A stretch of DNA of 64,000 nt from contig NC_057729.1 of NCBI RefSeq assembly GCF_004010195.1, positions 15,914,344 to 15,978,343 on the forward strand, read 5' to 3'. Shown one piece after another: positions 1 through 11,660 of the stretch (the stretch's first letter is position 1; each line of letters starts with the position of its first letter). The position numbers and the translations under genes were made by a program. The notes beneath the pieces are model-generated. The model made no database searches. It was not told where the DNA came from and saw nothing but the letters and a program-made list of their open reading frames with translations. The DNA comes from Chiloscyllium plagiosum. Lineage: Eukaryota.

Positions 1-620
1 GAGCGGGCTCAAAGGGCTGAATTACTCACTCCCACTCCTAATTTGGTATTACTATATTGATCCTACCACACTCTCTGATCAGAAAGATGCTGAACTGAAT
101 GGGTATAAATTTTGCATTCCACAGACCATTCTTCAGGAGGTACAACTATTAAATCAGAATATCAGAATGAAAGCAGCAGAAATCACAAAGTGACAAGATG
201 AAACAAAAGCATACTTCAATAAGTGAATGCGTGTGCAAGGGAGCTACAACTTGAAGTTGGAGATTGGCTCACATTAACAGATAAGTCTCAACCACAGCTT
301 GCACCACTTTCATGAGGACAGGCAGATATTCCTTTCCAACATTTATGCATTGGAGGAGAACATAAACAGAAATGTCAGAACGCTGATAACAAGGATTATG
401 AGGTTACATTTCCTTTTCTAATGATTGATTGTGATGTTGATCATCTGTGCCATCAGGTGAAATTTTAAAAGCATTGTCATAAAGCACATGTTCACATATA
501 AAACATAGTGATAATCATCTCTGCATATCTCCAAAGCACAAATGCAATAGCCATAAATGACTCTGACTCCTGTTAAAAGTACCATGTTCCACAATATTAA
601 CATGGGCTTTGATGTGTATC

Positions 621-709
621 TCTGACCCAAGTATAGCAAGGTAGCTATTATGGTATGCTTCTGGATCTTCTCTGCAGTTATACGTGTGCTGGACTGACAA
701 TGAACTCAA
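621..709. repeat. 89-bp dispersed direct repeat, copy 1
   Basis: tctgacccaagtatag...gactgacaatgaa(c/a)tcaa recurs at 1293-1381 with 3 mismatches. Confidence 0.95.
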
Positions 710-1292
710 CAATTTTCCAACAAAATGAAGTATAATCTGGAATTTATTTGAAGCATAATGAGCCACAACTTCAAAGATCATTTTGTGTTGAATTTTTTGA
801 CTAAGAAACTACCAATATTTTATATTTAACTGTTATTAAAAATCATTATTTCAAGAGAATTTTGCAAAACAGTTAATTGGTGTTTTTGGCAATGCTACAA
901 TTTTAGCACTGGCAATCTCCACATTATCTGGAATAACCTTACCAGTCCTTGGAAATTCCACCCTTTTCTAGATGGCTTGATGTATTGGGTTATAGTCACG
1001 TAGTTCTGCCACCTAGTTTAATGATTCTTCTTAGAAAAAGCAAGATACAAGGAAAGTTAAAACATTGTCTCATTTACATTTCTCACTCTTGTTGACTTGA
1101 AGAGAAACAGACTCCATGGTATCCGGAAATTATGTGATGCTATTTTTTCTTTAAAAAATTCAATGTTATTTGCCTTATAGCTATCTTTGTACAGACTTAT
1201 GCAAAGGGAAAATACTCTTCAAAACTTAACAATGATGCATGTTGCTTCCTTTAAAAAAAGTTTCAATGGATTTGAAATTGCGAAACTCAATT

Positions 1293-1381
1293 TCTGACCC
1301 AAGTATAGAATGGTAGCTATTATGGTATGCTTCTGGATCTTCTCTGCAGTTATACGTGTGCTGGACTGACAATGAAATCAA
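1293..1381. repeat. 89-bp dispersed direct repeat, copy 2
   Basis: Near-identical to 621-709. Confidence 0.95.
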
Positions 1382-2456
1382 TCATAAAAGACTTTTGCTG
1401 AGTTCAGCTAATGGAGCAATGTATTCTGCAGTATAAGACAGGCTATACTAAAGGACCTCTTATTAATTCACACTTAGGCATAAGGCTGATACTCATTTTT
1501 TTTTTGGCTGTGTGCAAGTTGCATCAAGCTTTCTGGAAATCTTTTTACTGATTGGTACAGTAAGATTTCTCACTGAGCTTACTAAACTCGCTTTATTAAC
1601 TACCTGCCCCACACTGAAGTATCCCTCATGTCAATTCTAGATCTATATTACCACCCATGTTTCTGGAAAATACTCACCACTCACCGGATATTTACTAAAA
1701 GACCTTATGCCCATTCCACCTTTAAAAATTTGTTATGCACCCGGACAAGCATTGGCAATCCGATGTTGTCTCTCAACAATAATGCAATGATATGCAGTCC
1801 TTGACTTGCCATCAGCTCCAGCCCCCTGTCTCTGCCTTCAACTTCTTATGAAAACAAACCTATATCCCACCTGCAGCTGGATGAATGACTCTTGCGAGAA
1901 AGGTCTTATTTTGAAAATATAAGGAGCAGAACAGTTTCTTAGGTGTCAGAAGATTCGGTGGTAGCATACTTTGTAGATGAAGGCTATGTACACTCTTCCA
2001 TACGGTGAGACATTTGGAAACCTGGTAATGAAGGGCATATCTCCATCATTCATTCAGTTCCAGCCTCAGAAAATGCAGCAACTTGGTGAAGGTGGTTTGC
2101 TGGCTGAGTGAACATCTTACATCAAAAGGGAATACCTGCTGACTCCAATCCCTGTCCAGTACCAGGCCCACACCAACCATTCAACTCTTAATTGCACTTA
2201 GAAGCAGCCAACTTTACACTTACAGGCCAGATGATGAAATCTTGCTGTGCACACCCTACCAGACTTTGGAAATTGTACAAGTGATGGGGTCGCTTTTGCC
2301 CAACATTCACCTCTTATGAATTCAATGCTGACAACTTCTGCATCATGCTCATCTTCAATTTATTAGGATCAATGGGATCTTTGATCAACATTTGAATTTA
2401 AGAACATTCACTCTGCTTGCATTGCGAATACATGAAATTGAGAACTGCACAGTCAG

Positions 2457-2589
2457 GAGTGTAGTGCTGAAAAAGCACAGGAGGTCAGGCAGCATCAGCG
2501 ATCCTGATGGAGGGCTTTTGCCCAAAACGTCGATTCTCCTGCTCCTTGGATGCTGCCTGACCTGCTGTGCTTTTCCAGCACCACACTCT
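2457..2589 (+). mobile_element. Penelope-like pLTR fold-back remnant (family A) with decayed hammerhead
   Basis: Inverted arms gagtgtagtgctgaaaaagcacag...ctgtgcttttccagcaccacactc. Core ctgatgg-agggcttttgccc-aaaacgtc at 2504-2531 has mutated CUGAUGA and GAAA. Same family as 29089-29343. Confidence 0.8.
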
Positions 2590-4490
2590 TGCATTGCAAA
2601 TAGCTGAGTAAATATTGTAACGTAAATGTCGCTGGCATTTAAAAACAGATACTTTATCTCATACTTCTGCCTAAAATGTCCTGTGTCCAGCAGATGTGAA
2701 CCCCATACTTGGCCCATCAAAGTGACATTGATTCTGCCCATTCTTGGCATTGTCCTGGTCATTTTCCAGTTAAGCATCTAGAGAAGTATAAGTAATAGCA
2801 CGGAAGGCAGCTTTGTAGTGGACACAGTCAGCACCAGGCCCAACTTGATCATCACATAAGCCTCTACGCCTCTGATTATCTTGCAGTACCCATTTGTACC
2901 CATCCCTCATGTGTAGGCTATCACATTGAACTGCACTCTCCACTGTCCACCCACCACCCAAGCACCAACATTACACCTTAAATGATACCCACCAGCTCCT
3001 CAATGTTTCACTACTTCCCACCTTGGGGCCCACACTGAAGATCACTGCCAATAACAGGCCTTTCAATTGAATACCATGCAAAACAGCAACCAAATCTCAG
3101 GTATCCATTTCACAGCCAATTGTTACATATTTTCAATTTTCAAGTGCACTCTGGGACTGCCATCTGGTCATATACACAGTTGCTTGTAAACTCTCTGTTC
3201 AGAACAGCATTCACTCTCTCTTAAAGTTTCAGTACTTGCCTGCAACTTCATAACACCTGTGAATTTTGTTTCTTTGACCAACCATACACTCTGTGTTTCA
3301 TTCCCATCACCATTCTTATCCTCCCCTCGACAAATGCTTCTGTTTGCTCTATCATTCAGCCTTGACTCCCTCACCCATTTTGACAGTGATTCGTCTTGCT
3401 GCCACTACAGGTTCCCTCTTGTACTTTCCTTAACAATCAATGGACAGACCTCTGTCTGACTTACACAAACAATCCATTGACAGGATTGATCAGAATCCTG
3501 ATTGCTGTCCTTGCAGCTTCCCAACTGATGGCTAATTTCCCTGACTGCTGCTGCATTCCTATGAAACAGAACATTGTCCATTCCTTGGATTGCAGTCAGG
3601 TAGATCCCTTCAATATGACAAGCAGACAACATTGGTCAAGACACTGGATTTTGTATGGACTGACTGACGCAGCATCTTCCTGGACTGAATTAAGACTAGC
3701 CTCCGCTGACTTTGCGATGTGGCCATTTGGATGATTAATGTGATGTTTTCACAGCACAGGAGACTGGAACATGCTGTCGGTGTTATATTGCTGCCTGGAC
3801 ATGTCATACAACAAGAGGTGCCTTGCAGAGAGATCCTTCCTGGCAAGTAGCCCATCTATATTTCAACACAAAAACAGCATGTCAATGTGACAGCAATAGT
3901 AGCCTTCAGCTCTGGCTGATGCATTAATATGGTCATAAGTGTGGCATTGCAAGACAAGGCAAAGTGAGGCATAGATACTGCAAACTTACAGGTAGGAGTT
4001 AAGTTAGGGAGTGAGTGCTGAGTGATCAAATGAGCAGCCCTGACTTGCAGCTTGGTCAAATCCATGAGCTGCACACTTATCCCTGTGTACAAAGCATCCT
4101 TACAGCAGTGTTTCAATACTAGTTGTCAGTGAACATTGTTGTGCAGGTCAGTGAACATTGTGGTGCAGCCTGTGTTTTGTAAATGACCAGCAAGTGGATC
4201 AGAGAGGTGCCAGTATGGTTATGACCAATTGGCTATGGTCAGGTGCCAATGTCTATGGAGAAGGGGTGCACGTGGCAGGTTCTTATGGACCATGCCCTGA
4301 GATGCTGCTTCATGCTGTGCAAAGAGGAGACTCCTAGCAATAAGCTGCGGTGGCGAGGTGCCCACTCTACTTCGATGTCAAGAATTCTCAACATTTAGTG
4401 GGTTTCAGGGAATTTGGTAAGATCGGAAGCTGAATGTTAATCAGGTAAGTTATAACATTAATAAGACATTTAACAAGCTATATTCCCCTT

Positions 4491-4743
4491 TAGATTAGAT
4501 TCCCTACAGTGTAGAAACAGGCCCTTTGGCCCAACAAGTCCATACCGACTCTCCGAAAAGCAACCCACCCAGTCCCATTTCCCTCTGACTAATGTACCTA
4601 ACACTATGGCAATTTAGCATGGCCAATTCACCTAACCTGCACATCTTTGGACTGTGGGAGGAAACCGGAGCACCTGGAAGAAACCCTGCAGACACGGGGA
4701 GAATGTGCAAACTCCACGCAGACAGTTGCCCGAGGCTGGAACT
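4491..4743 (-). mobile_element. HE1-type (V-SINE) tRNA-derived SINE, head truncated
   Basis: Reverse complement of HE1 core (gtttgcacattctccccgtgtctgc, ccaaagatgtgcaggttagg) with (tctaa)n tail. Confidence 0.9.
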
Positions 4744-5035
4744 TGTTGATAACTTGCCACTGCCTAGCGTGAAACCTGTCACATTGCTTAACAAATGCAT
4801 AAACAATACAGTGAGTTACCCCCAAGGCAGGCATCATTGGATTTTGCATGCAACCCTGCCACAAATCTTGTTGTTGTCCTCACCATTCAGGCGCCTGTAA
4901 GATTCTGACTAGAACAGCCAAATGTGTAATTTCTTTATCATTTTTTTGTATTCAGGTTAAAACAATTTTTTGCTGTCATAAATAATTTCCAAAGGAACCC
5001 ATTGTTTAAACTTTAACTTTTCTTGCACCAAGTAA

Positions 5036-5343
5036 GGCACGGTGGCACAGTGGTTAGCACTGTTGCCTCACAGCGTCAGAGATCCGGGTTCAATTCCCGC
5101 CTCAGGCGACTGACTGTGTGGAGTTTGCACATTCTCCCCATGTCTGCGTGGGTTTCCTCCGGGTGCTCAGGTTTCCTCCCACTGTCCAAAGATGTGCAGG
5201 TCAGGTGAATTGGCCATGCTAAATTGCCCGTAGTGTTAGGTAAGGGGTATGGGTGGGTTGCGCTTCAGCGGGTCGGTGTGGACATGTTGGGCCGGAGGGC
5301 CTGTTTCCACACTGTAATGTAATCTAATGTAATCTAAATCTAA
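5036..5343 (+). mobile_element. HE1-type SINE, near full length
   Basis: A box tggcacagtgg, B box ggttcaattcc, V-domain core and (aatct)n tail. Confidence 0.93.
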
Positions 5344-5984
5344 AGTACTTAATAAATGTTACCCTAGTTTGTTCTTGCTGATTGTCAAGGTGCCATACTA
5401 ATCACAAGACTATTGTCAGGCTGAAATGTTTATATTGCATTCAATGGAGCTGCTATTACCCAGATGTTAATGTGATTTTCTCCAGTCCTTGTCATCTGAA
5501 ATTTAATAACGTATCAATACTGATAAAAGAATAATATAATGTTTCTTCTGCTTGTTGAATGAGAACTGACACTATGTCTCCATTCTTTTCTGACAAGAAC
5601 GTTTCGAGCAGGGTTGCAAAAGGATATATCTGTTTGGTTTCATTAAACACTGTAGACTTTTGAAGCAATAGGATCCATGCACACAAACCGATTTGATTAA
5701 CCCACATGTTTATGTCCCTGTCAGGTGGAAAATGCTGCCATGTCATAGACGGTCTGAAAAGAGGTGGGATTCATTCTGTTAATGATCATTAAAGGGTGGG
5801 TAGAGTATATGTTAGAGGGCTGAGGGATGATCATAGAGATGCAATTGGAATCAGATCAGTGATAGAGATGAAGGGTCTGTGATCAAGAATAGGGAATCAG
5901 TGATTACAGGATGAACGGTCAGTGATGGTATGGGGATTTTGATGGTGGAGCAGACGGTGACCATTAGAAGGTGATCATTTGTGC

Positions 5985-6107
5985 CAAACGGTGGCTCTGT
6001 GGTTAGCTCTGCTGCTTCCTAGCACCAGGACCTGGGTTCGATTCCAGCCTCGGGTGAATGTTTGTGTGGATATAGCACATTCTCCCAGTGTCTGCCTAGG
6101 TTCCTCC
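5985..6107 (+). mobile_element. HE1-type SINE, 5' half, interrupted by Gypsy provirus
   Basis: tRNA-like head (ggtggctctgtggttagc, ggttcgattcc); SINE resumes at about 10706. Confidence 0.85.
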
Positions 6108-6110
6108 AGA

Positions 6111-6745
6111 GTTATGGACCAGGCCAGACCCCTCAAAACATTTCAAGAGAGTAGCCTGGACCCTAACTTTGCTAATTGTTTTAAGTAGGTGTACACTGGA
6201 TATTCCAGAAGTGATGCAATTGGTCCAACCACTTTATTTTAAGCAAAACAGAATTTATTTGAAAGATTACTGAATTAAACACAAACAAAAGAGAAAACAA
6301 TATAGAATAACTTAATCTCACCAAAAACCCAATAGATTATCTTGACTTAGTGATGCTGTTCCAAATACTTGCAGCAATCCCCATAAACACTCTTTTGCAC
6401 AAAAGGTAAAATCAAACACAGGGTCTTTCAGGAGAAATGTCAGAGAGATGACAGAGAGATTCAGCATAGAACACCTTCTTCCATGTAACTGTTTCTTTGA
6501 CCAGCAGCCCCAAACTGACTGACTGCTTGCTCTGAACAGCCAGACTGCTAAAACCAAAGCAAACCAAACTAGAGTTAAGCTGAGCTGGGAGAACTGGTCA
6601 CTCCCCTTTCATTGCACAAGTTTATTTTTTAACTTTAAAGCTTCTTCAAGTAGATCAAGCCAGACATTTTGGAATCTGTGTCATAAAACACTTTTGTAAA
6701 AAGGACAAGGACAACATAACCTTGTTAAAGAGCAGCAGCATCACA
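6111..6745 (-). repeat. 3' LTR of Gypsy element
   Basis: Aligns end to end with 10065-10701 (ttatggacc...caca). Confidence 0.92.
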
Positions 6746-6929
6746 AGAGGGCTCTTCCCTTAAAAAAATCAATATCCAAAGATGGCTTCCTTTTGAAACC
6801 CCTTAATTTTAAATTGTTAGTACATTACAACACACACATACATTACATTGACTATAATCATGCAAACATGCACTACTACATTTCTGTTTCAGTCCGTTTT
6901 ACTACAGCCATCAAATGCCTCTGTTTCTC

Positions 6930-7745
6930 ATTCGAGTGCCGACAATACATCGACAATCATGTTTTCTCATCCTGCCATATGCACAATTTTCAAATTCAAT
7001 GGCTGTAACAACAGGCTCCATCTAAACCATCTGGAATTTTTGTCCTTTAATTTCTCCACAAATTTCAATGGGTTATGATCAATGTATATGATTGTCTTGT
7101 TATTACATAATTGGTAACATAAACATTGAAATGTTGTAATGCCAACACCAAACTCAAAGTCTCCTTCTTAATTGTCAAATATTTCTGCTGATGAATGTTC
7201 AATTTCCTGGAGACATACCCGATTGGTCTTTCTACCTTCTTGTCACCTTTCTGTAAGAGCACAGCATCGACACCCACATCACTCGCATCGATGGCCAACT
7301 TGAATGGCTTTGTGTAATTAGATGTGGCTAATATTGGGGCAGTGGTTAACACAGCTTTCAGGCTGTCAAATGCTTTCTAACAGTCTGCTGTCCACTGAAA
7401 CTTCTTGCCTTTCTTTAGCAATTCAGTGAGTGGAGCAGCCACACTGTTAAACTTTGGTACTAATTTTCGATGAAGTCCACTCAATCCCAGGAATTTTAGG
7501 ACTGCTTTTTTGTCAATGGTATGGAAAACTCCCTAATTACTTTTGGTAACATTCCATGGGACTATTTGTCTGTGTCCAATAACATGACCCTGGATGGTGA
7601 CTTGGGCTTTGGCAAATTCAGTTTTAGCTAGGTTTATCACCAAGCCTGCCTTCTGAAGTTAATTGAACAATTGTGATAAAAGTTGCAAATGTTCCTTCCA
7701 TGTGTGACTAAGAAATCACCAGATCCGCAATATAAACTACATAAC
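6930..7745 (-). pseudogene. Gypsy pol remnant: RT C-terminus plus RNase H
   Basis: VVYIADLVI (decayed YIDD), KAGLVINLAKTEF, KPFKLAIDASDVGVDAVLLQ, PIGYVSRKL, DHNPL...RWSLLLQ; stops and frameshifts. Confidence 0.9.
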
Positions 7746-7751
7746 GAGCTT

Positions 7752-8014
7752 TGAGATTTGTAGCTCGGGTTATGGTTCTGGATGTAGGTTTGCTTGCTGA
7801 GCTGGAAGGTTTGGTTTCAGATGTTTCTTCACCATATTAGGTAACATCATCAGTGAGACTCCGAATGAATCACTGGTGGTGTGGCCCACTTTTTATTTAT
7901 GTGTTTAGGTTTCCTTGGGTTGGCGGTGTCATTTCCTGTTTGTGGTGTCATTTCCTGTGGTGATGTCATTTCCTGTTCTACTTCTTAGGGGGTGGTAAAT
8001 GGGATCTAAGTCAA
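7752..8014 (-). mobile_element. Penelope-like element 3' end (family D) inside Gypsy pol
   Basis: Minus strand encodes DLDPIYHPLRSRTGND (PLE ORF C-terminus), followed by a hammerhead-like motif and tail. Confidence 0.75.
7815..7859 (-). ncRNA. Minimal hammerhead ribozyme, decayed (family D)
   Basis: Minus strand reads gtctca-CTGATGA-t-GTTACC-taatat-GGTGAa-GAAAC-aTC-tgaaac; closing pair of stem II and G16.2 are mutated. Confidence 0.6.
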
Positions 8015-8019
8015 AACAA

Positions 8020-9930
8020 TTGGTTTAGTTTTTCATCTTTCTGCTGTCATTCAGTTAATTTCTCTGAACTAAAGATATCTGCTTTGTCATCTGTCTGCTT
8101 TATCTCAACCATCTGATCAAACAGGGTCTGTGCTAATTCCACTTCACTTTTCTTATCTGTGCTGTTTGACCTCTCCTGTTTCAACTGGTGACCTTGTGAC
8201 CCATTTACGATACAGTCAGGAAAACTCCCAGGATGTGTGTCCTACAACAGTTCAGTTACCTGAGTTTCCACTGACCTTTCATCCACAGTAGGCAGGACAA
8301 CTTGTAGTCCTGGAGCTGAGAGTTTGCCCAGTACTCCTACCATGACTTCTCCACTCTTCACTGGACACTGTAATATATATTTGAGTTCTTCTTGTCTCAC
8401 CGCGAATTCCCGTTACTAGTACCTTTTCTAGCAATAGTCCTTCAGAGGTACATATCTCCTCACCGTTCAACATCAAATATTGAGAGCATCCTGTATCTCT
8501 TAATGTTGTAATCTCTTTACCTGCTACCTCCTGGCCTATGCAAGTAAACTTTACCTTTGCAGGTATATGGTTAAGAAGATCTGGCACTTCATCCTTAACC
8601 AAACTCTGACCAGGTTGTACGTTCTGGTGAAGCTTTCTAGCCTCCACTGTGCATTCCGTTACCACTCTAACAAAATTCACTGGCTTATCCTGTTTTCTGA
8701 CATCCTAGATTCCCAGTGCTTTCCTAATCACCAACATTGTGATTTCATGTCGCCTACTTTATTGCAGTGAAAACACCGGAGCTTTGTAACTTCTCTTTCC
8801 CCTTCAAAGGTTTCCTTTTTGCCTGTGGTAAGTCATCCTTATGATCTTTACCGAGATCTACCTTTCCCTTTCCACTCGAGAATTGAAATTAGGCTTGATA
8901 AATTCCTAAAAATTCCACTTGAGGATTGAAATTCATTTTGGAAGCCAAAGTTTGATTTATAGACAAACTCATAATCATCAGCCATTTCACCTGCTATTCT
9001 TGCTGTTTTAATTCTTTGCTCTTCCACATGAGTTCTCATTACTTCACGAAGTGAATTTTTGAACTCCTTCAAAATAATTGTCTCTCCAGTGTCATAAGTA
9101 TGCTCGCTTTTTAGTGCCCATATCCACCTACCAAAATTACTTTGTTTGATCTTTCCAAACTCAAGGTAGATTTGACCAGGGTCTCTCCTTAGTTTCCTGA
9201 AACATTGTCTAAAGGCTCTTGGCACAAGCTCATATGCACTTAAGATGGCTTTCTTCACCTTCCTTCTCATACGCCCCAGGTACCTGTTCTGATAGTGATG
9301 CAAATACCTCACTAGCTCTACCTACAAGTTTGGTTTGGATCAACAAAATCCACATGGTCACTGGCCACTGCATTTGTTTAGCCACTTTATCAAATGAGAT
9401 GAAAATGGTTCCACATCCTTTTCATCAAATTTAGGCAATGCTTGAATATGTTTCAACAGATCCTTACCAGGCCTTTGGCTACCATGAAGTTGCTCATCCT
9501 CACTCTCTTCCTCACTAAACTTACCTTCAGCCTTCATCTCCATCCTTTTAAGCTGACTTTCCTGTCTAAGTGCCAATTTCAGAGGTTTGCTCTCTTTCTT
9601 CCTTTTCTTTCTCTTCTCTCTCTTTCTCTCTCTTTCATCTGCTTTTAATCATAATCCAAACCATTTTGTTTCTGTTGCCCTTTCCTTATCTTTTGCCTCT
9701 CACTTAAGCTTCTTCGTTTTCAATTGCATTTTCGCCATCTCCAAAGATTCTGATGATGTTTCCAGCAAATTTAAATGCTGAGCGATTGCTGTAATAATCT
9801 CTCCTTTCCTCATGGAAGGAGGCAGCTCCGACTCCAGCAGCTTGGCCCATTCACCTATTCCAAGACCCCCAAAGTCACTTCTTCCATCCTCAAAAAATTC
9901 TTGGTGACTGAAAGAGATATTGCTATCCCA
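8020..9930 (-). pseudogene. Gypsy gag (SCAN-like capsid, CCHC knuckle) and aspartic protease remnant
   Basis: ALPKFDEKDVE; KVKKAILSAYELVPRAFRQCFRKL...IILKEFKNSL...ADDYE; CFHCNKVGDMKSQC (~8730-8775); ITTLRDTGCSQ. Confidence 0.88.
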
Positions 9931-10041
9931 AGCACTGTTTAAACCAACAGAATTCAGCACCCAGAACAAAAGATACTAACACCTACCACTCGCTGCCTTC
10001 GAGTCCAGCAACCCTAATCCCAAATCAGAACGATGGAACAA

Positions 10042-10061
10042 ATCCCCGCAAAGAGCCCGCA
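10042..10061 (-). promoter_or_regulatory. Degenerate primer-binding site, tRNA-Pro-like
   Basis: Minus strand tgcgggctctttgcggggat just downstream of the 5' LTR; compare tRNA-Pro PBS TGGGGGCTCGTCCGGGAT. Confidence 0.6.
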
Positions 10062-10064
10062 GTC

Positions 10065-10701
10065 TGATATGGACCAAGCTAGACCACCTCAAAATATTTC
10101 AAAAATGTAGCCCAGGCCCTAATGTTGCTAGTTGTTATAAACAGGTGTGAGGTAGATATTCCAGGAATGATGCAGCTGGGTCCAACCACTTAATTTTAAA
10201 CAAAACAGAATTTATTTGCAAGATTACTGAATGAAACACAAACAAAAGAGAATACAATATAGAATAACTTTACCTGACTGAAAACTCAACAGATTATCCT
10301 GACTTAACGATGCTGTTCCAAATACTTGCAGCAATCCCCATAAATACCCTTGGCACAAAAGGTGAAATCAAACACAGGGTCTTATAGGAGAGAAGTCAGA
10401 ACGTTGGCAGAGAGATTCAGCATGGAACACCTTCTTCCATGTAGCTATTTCTTTGACCAGCAGCCTCAAACTGACTGACTGCTTGCTCTGAACAGTCAGA
10501 CTGCTAAAACCAAAGCAAACCAAACCAGAGGAAAGCTGAGCTGGCTGATCTGGCCACACCCCTTTCATTTACAAGTGTTTATTTTTAAACTTAAAAAAGC
10601 TTCTTCAAGTAGATCAAGCCAGACATTTTGGAATCTGTGTCCTTAAACTCTTCGAAAAATAAACAAGGACAACACAACCTTGTTAAAGGAGGATCACCAC
10701 A
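10065..10701 (-). repeat. 5' LTR of Gypsy element
   Basis: TG...CA termini; homologous to 6111-6745. Confidence 0.92.
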
Positions 10702-10705
10702 AGAG

Positions 10706-10930
10706 GGCTTCAATTTCCTCCCATAGGCCAAAGATGTGCAGGTTCGGTGGATTGATCATGCTAAACTGCCCATGGTGTCCACAGATGTGCAGGCTAGGTG
10801 GGTTAGCCATGGAAATGCAAGGTTACAGATATTGGGTAAGGGGTTGATCTGGGTGGGATGCTCCTCGGAGGGTCAGTGTGGACTGGATGGGCTGAATGGC
10901 TTGCTTTCTCTCTTTAGGGATTCTATGATT
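10706..10930 (+). mobile_element. HE1-type SINE, 3' half
   Basis: tttcctccca..ccaaagatgtgcaggtt..gggattctatga continues the SINE broken at about 6107. Confidence 0.85.
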
Positions 10931-11229
10931 AGTAAGTGGAAAACAAACATCCCATGAAAATATGTATTAAAACAATATCTATAGTTCTACATAATACATT
11001 AATTTACTATAAACCATTTTTCCTTTGTCAGTATCATATTTGTAACAATTAGAACTCCTTATTAGTTCTGTGAAATGTAACTCGATTCACATCATTATGT
11101 GATTGCCATCACCAACCTACTTGATAAAAGTAGTTGGAAAAAGCATGAGCTGTATTTTTAGAGACTGCCAAGTAAGGCACAAGTTCACAAAATGTGACTT
11201 GTCAGTCTTGAAAGATGTGAATTCATCGG

Positions 11230-11660
11230 AACGGACCCATAAATGACGAACTACAAGTTTTGAAAATAGCTTGAAGAAGCTGAGACTGTTTCCCTTGGAG
11301 AGAAGAAACCTAAGGAGAGAATTAAAAGAAGTTTTCAAAGTCATGAAAGGTCTGGACGGAATAGATGGAGAGAAACCTGTTCCCACCTGGAAAAGGACCA
11401 AGTCTGAAGACACATTTTTACAGTAATTTGCAAACAAAGCAAATATTAGGAGAGAAAGAGCTCTTTTTCACACTGAGTTGTTAGTGTGTGGAAGTGTGTT
11501 GTAGGAAGATTAAACTGAAGCATTTAAGAGGGCATAAGGTGATTATTCAAATAGAAGCAAAGTGCCCGTTCACAGGATAAAAGCAGGAGTTTGGTGCGAA
11601 GTCAAAATGATTGGAGAGCCAGTGCAGACACAATGCATTGTAACAATTCTATAATTCTGT
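11230..11660 (+). mobile_element. CR1-type LINE 3' fragment (old)
   Basis: LKKLRLFPLERRNLRRELKEVFKVMKGLDGID, the CR1 ORF2 C-terminal motif, plus tail. Confidence 0.8.

Larger units (their letters stand above)
6111..10701 (-). mobile_element. Degenerate Gypsy LTR retrotransposon, Gmr1-like, with SCAN-type gag and internal deletion
   Basis: Two ~635-bp LTRs. Minus strand has gag, zinc knuckle, DTG protease, RT C-terminus and RNase H with frameshifts. AGAG at 6108-6111 and 10702-10705 is a probable 4-bp TSD. Confidence 0.92.

Noticed and set aside
125-275. Exon after tttgcattccacag
   Set aside because: Early stops; KAYFNK...LEVGDW looks more like a decayed Gypsy integrase C-terminus, too weak to annotate
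1600-4910. Large decayed Harbinger-like element (similar region 16930-19715)
   Set aside because: Similar terminal segments are suggestive, but I could not recover a transposase motif or paired TIRs by eye
5036-5110. tRNA genes at SINE heads
   Set aside because: A and B boxes run straight into the HE1 core and tail, so these are SINE heads
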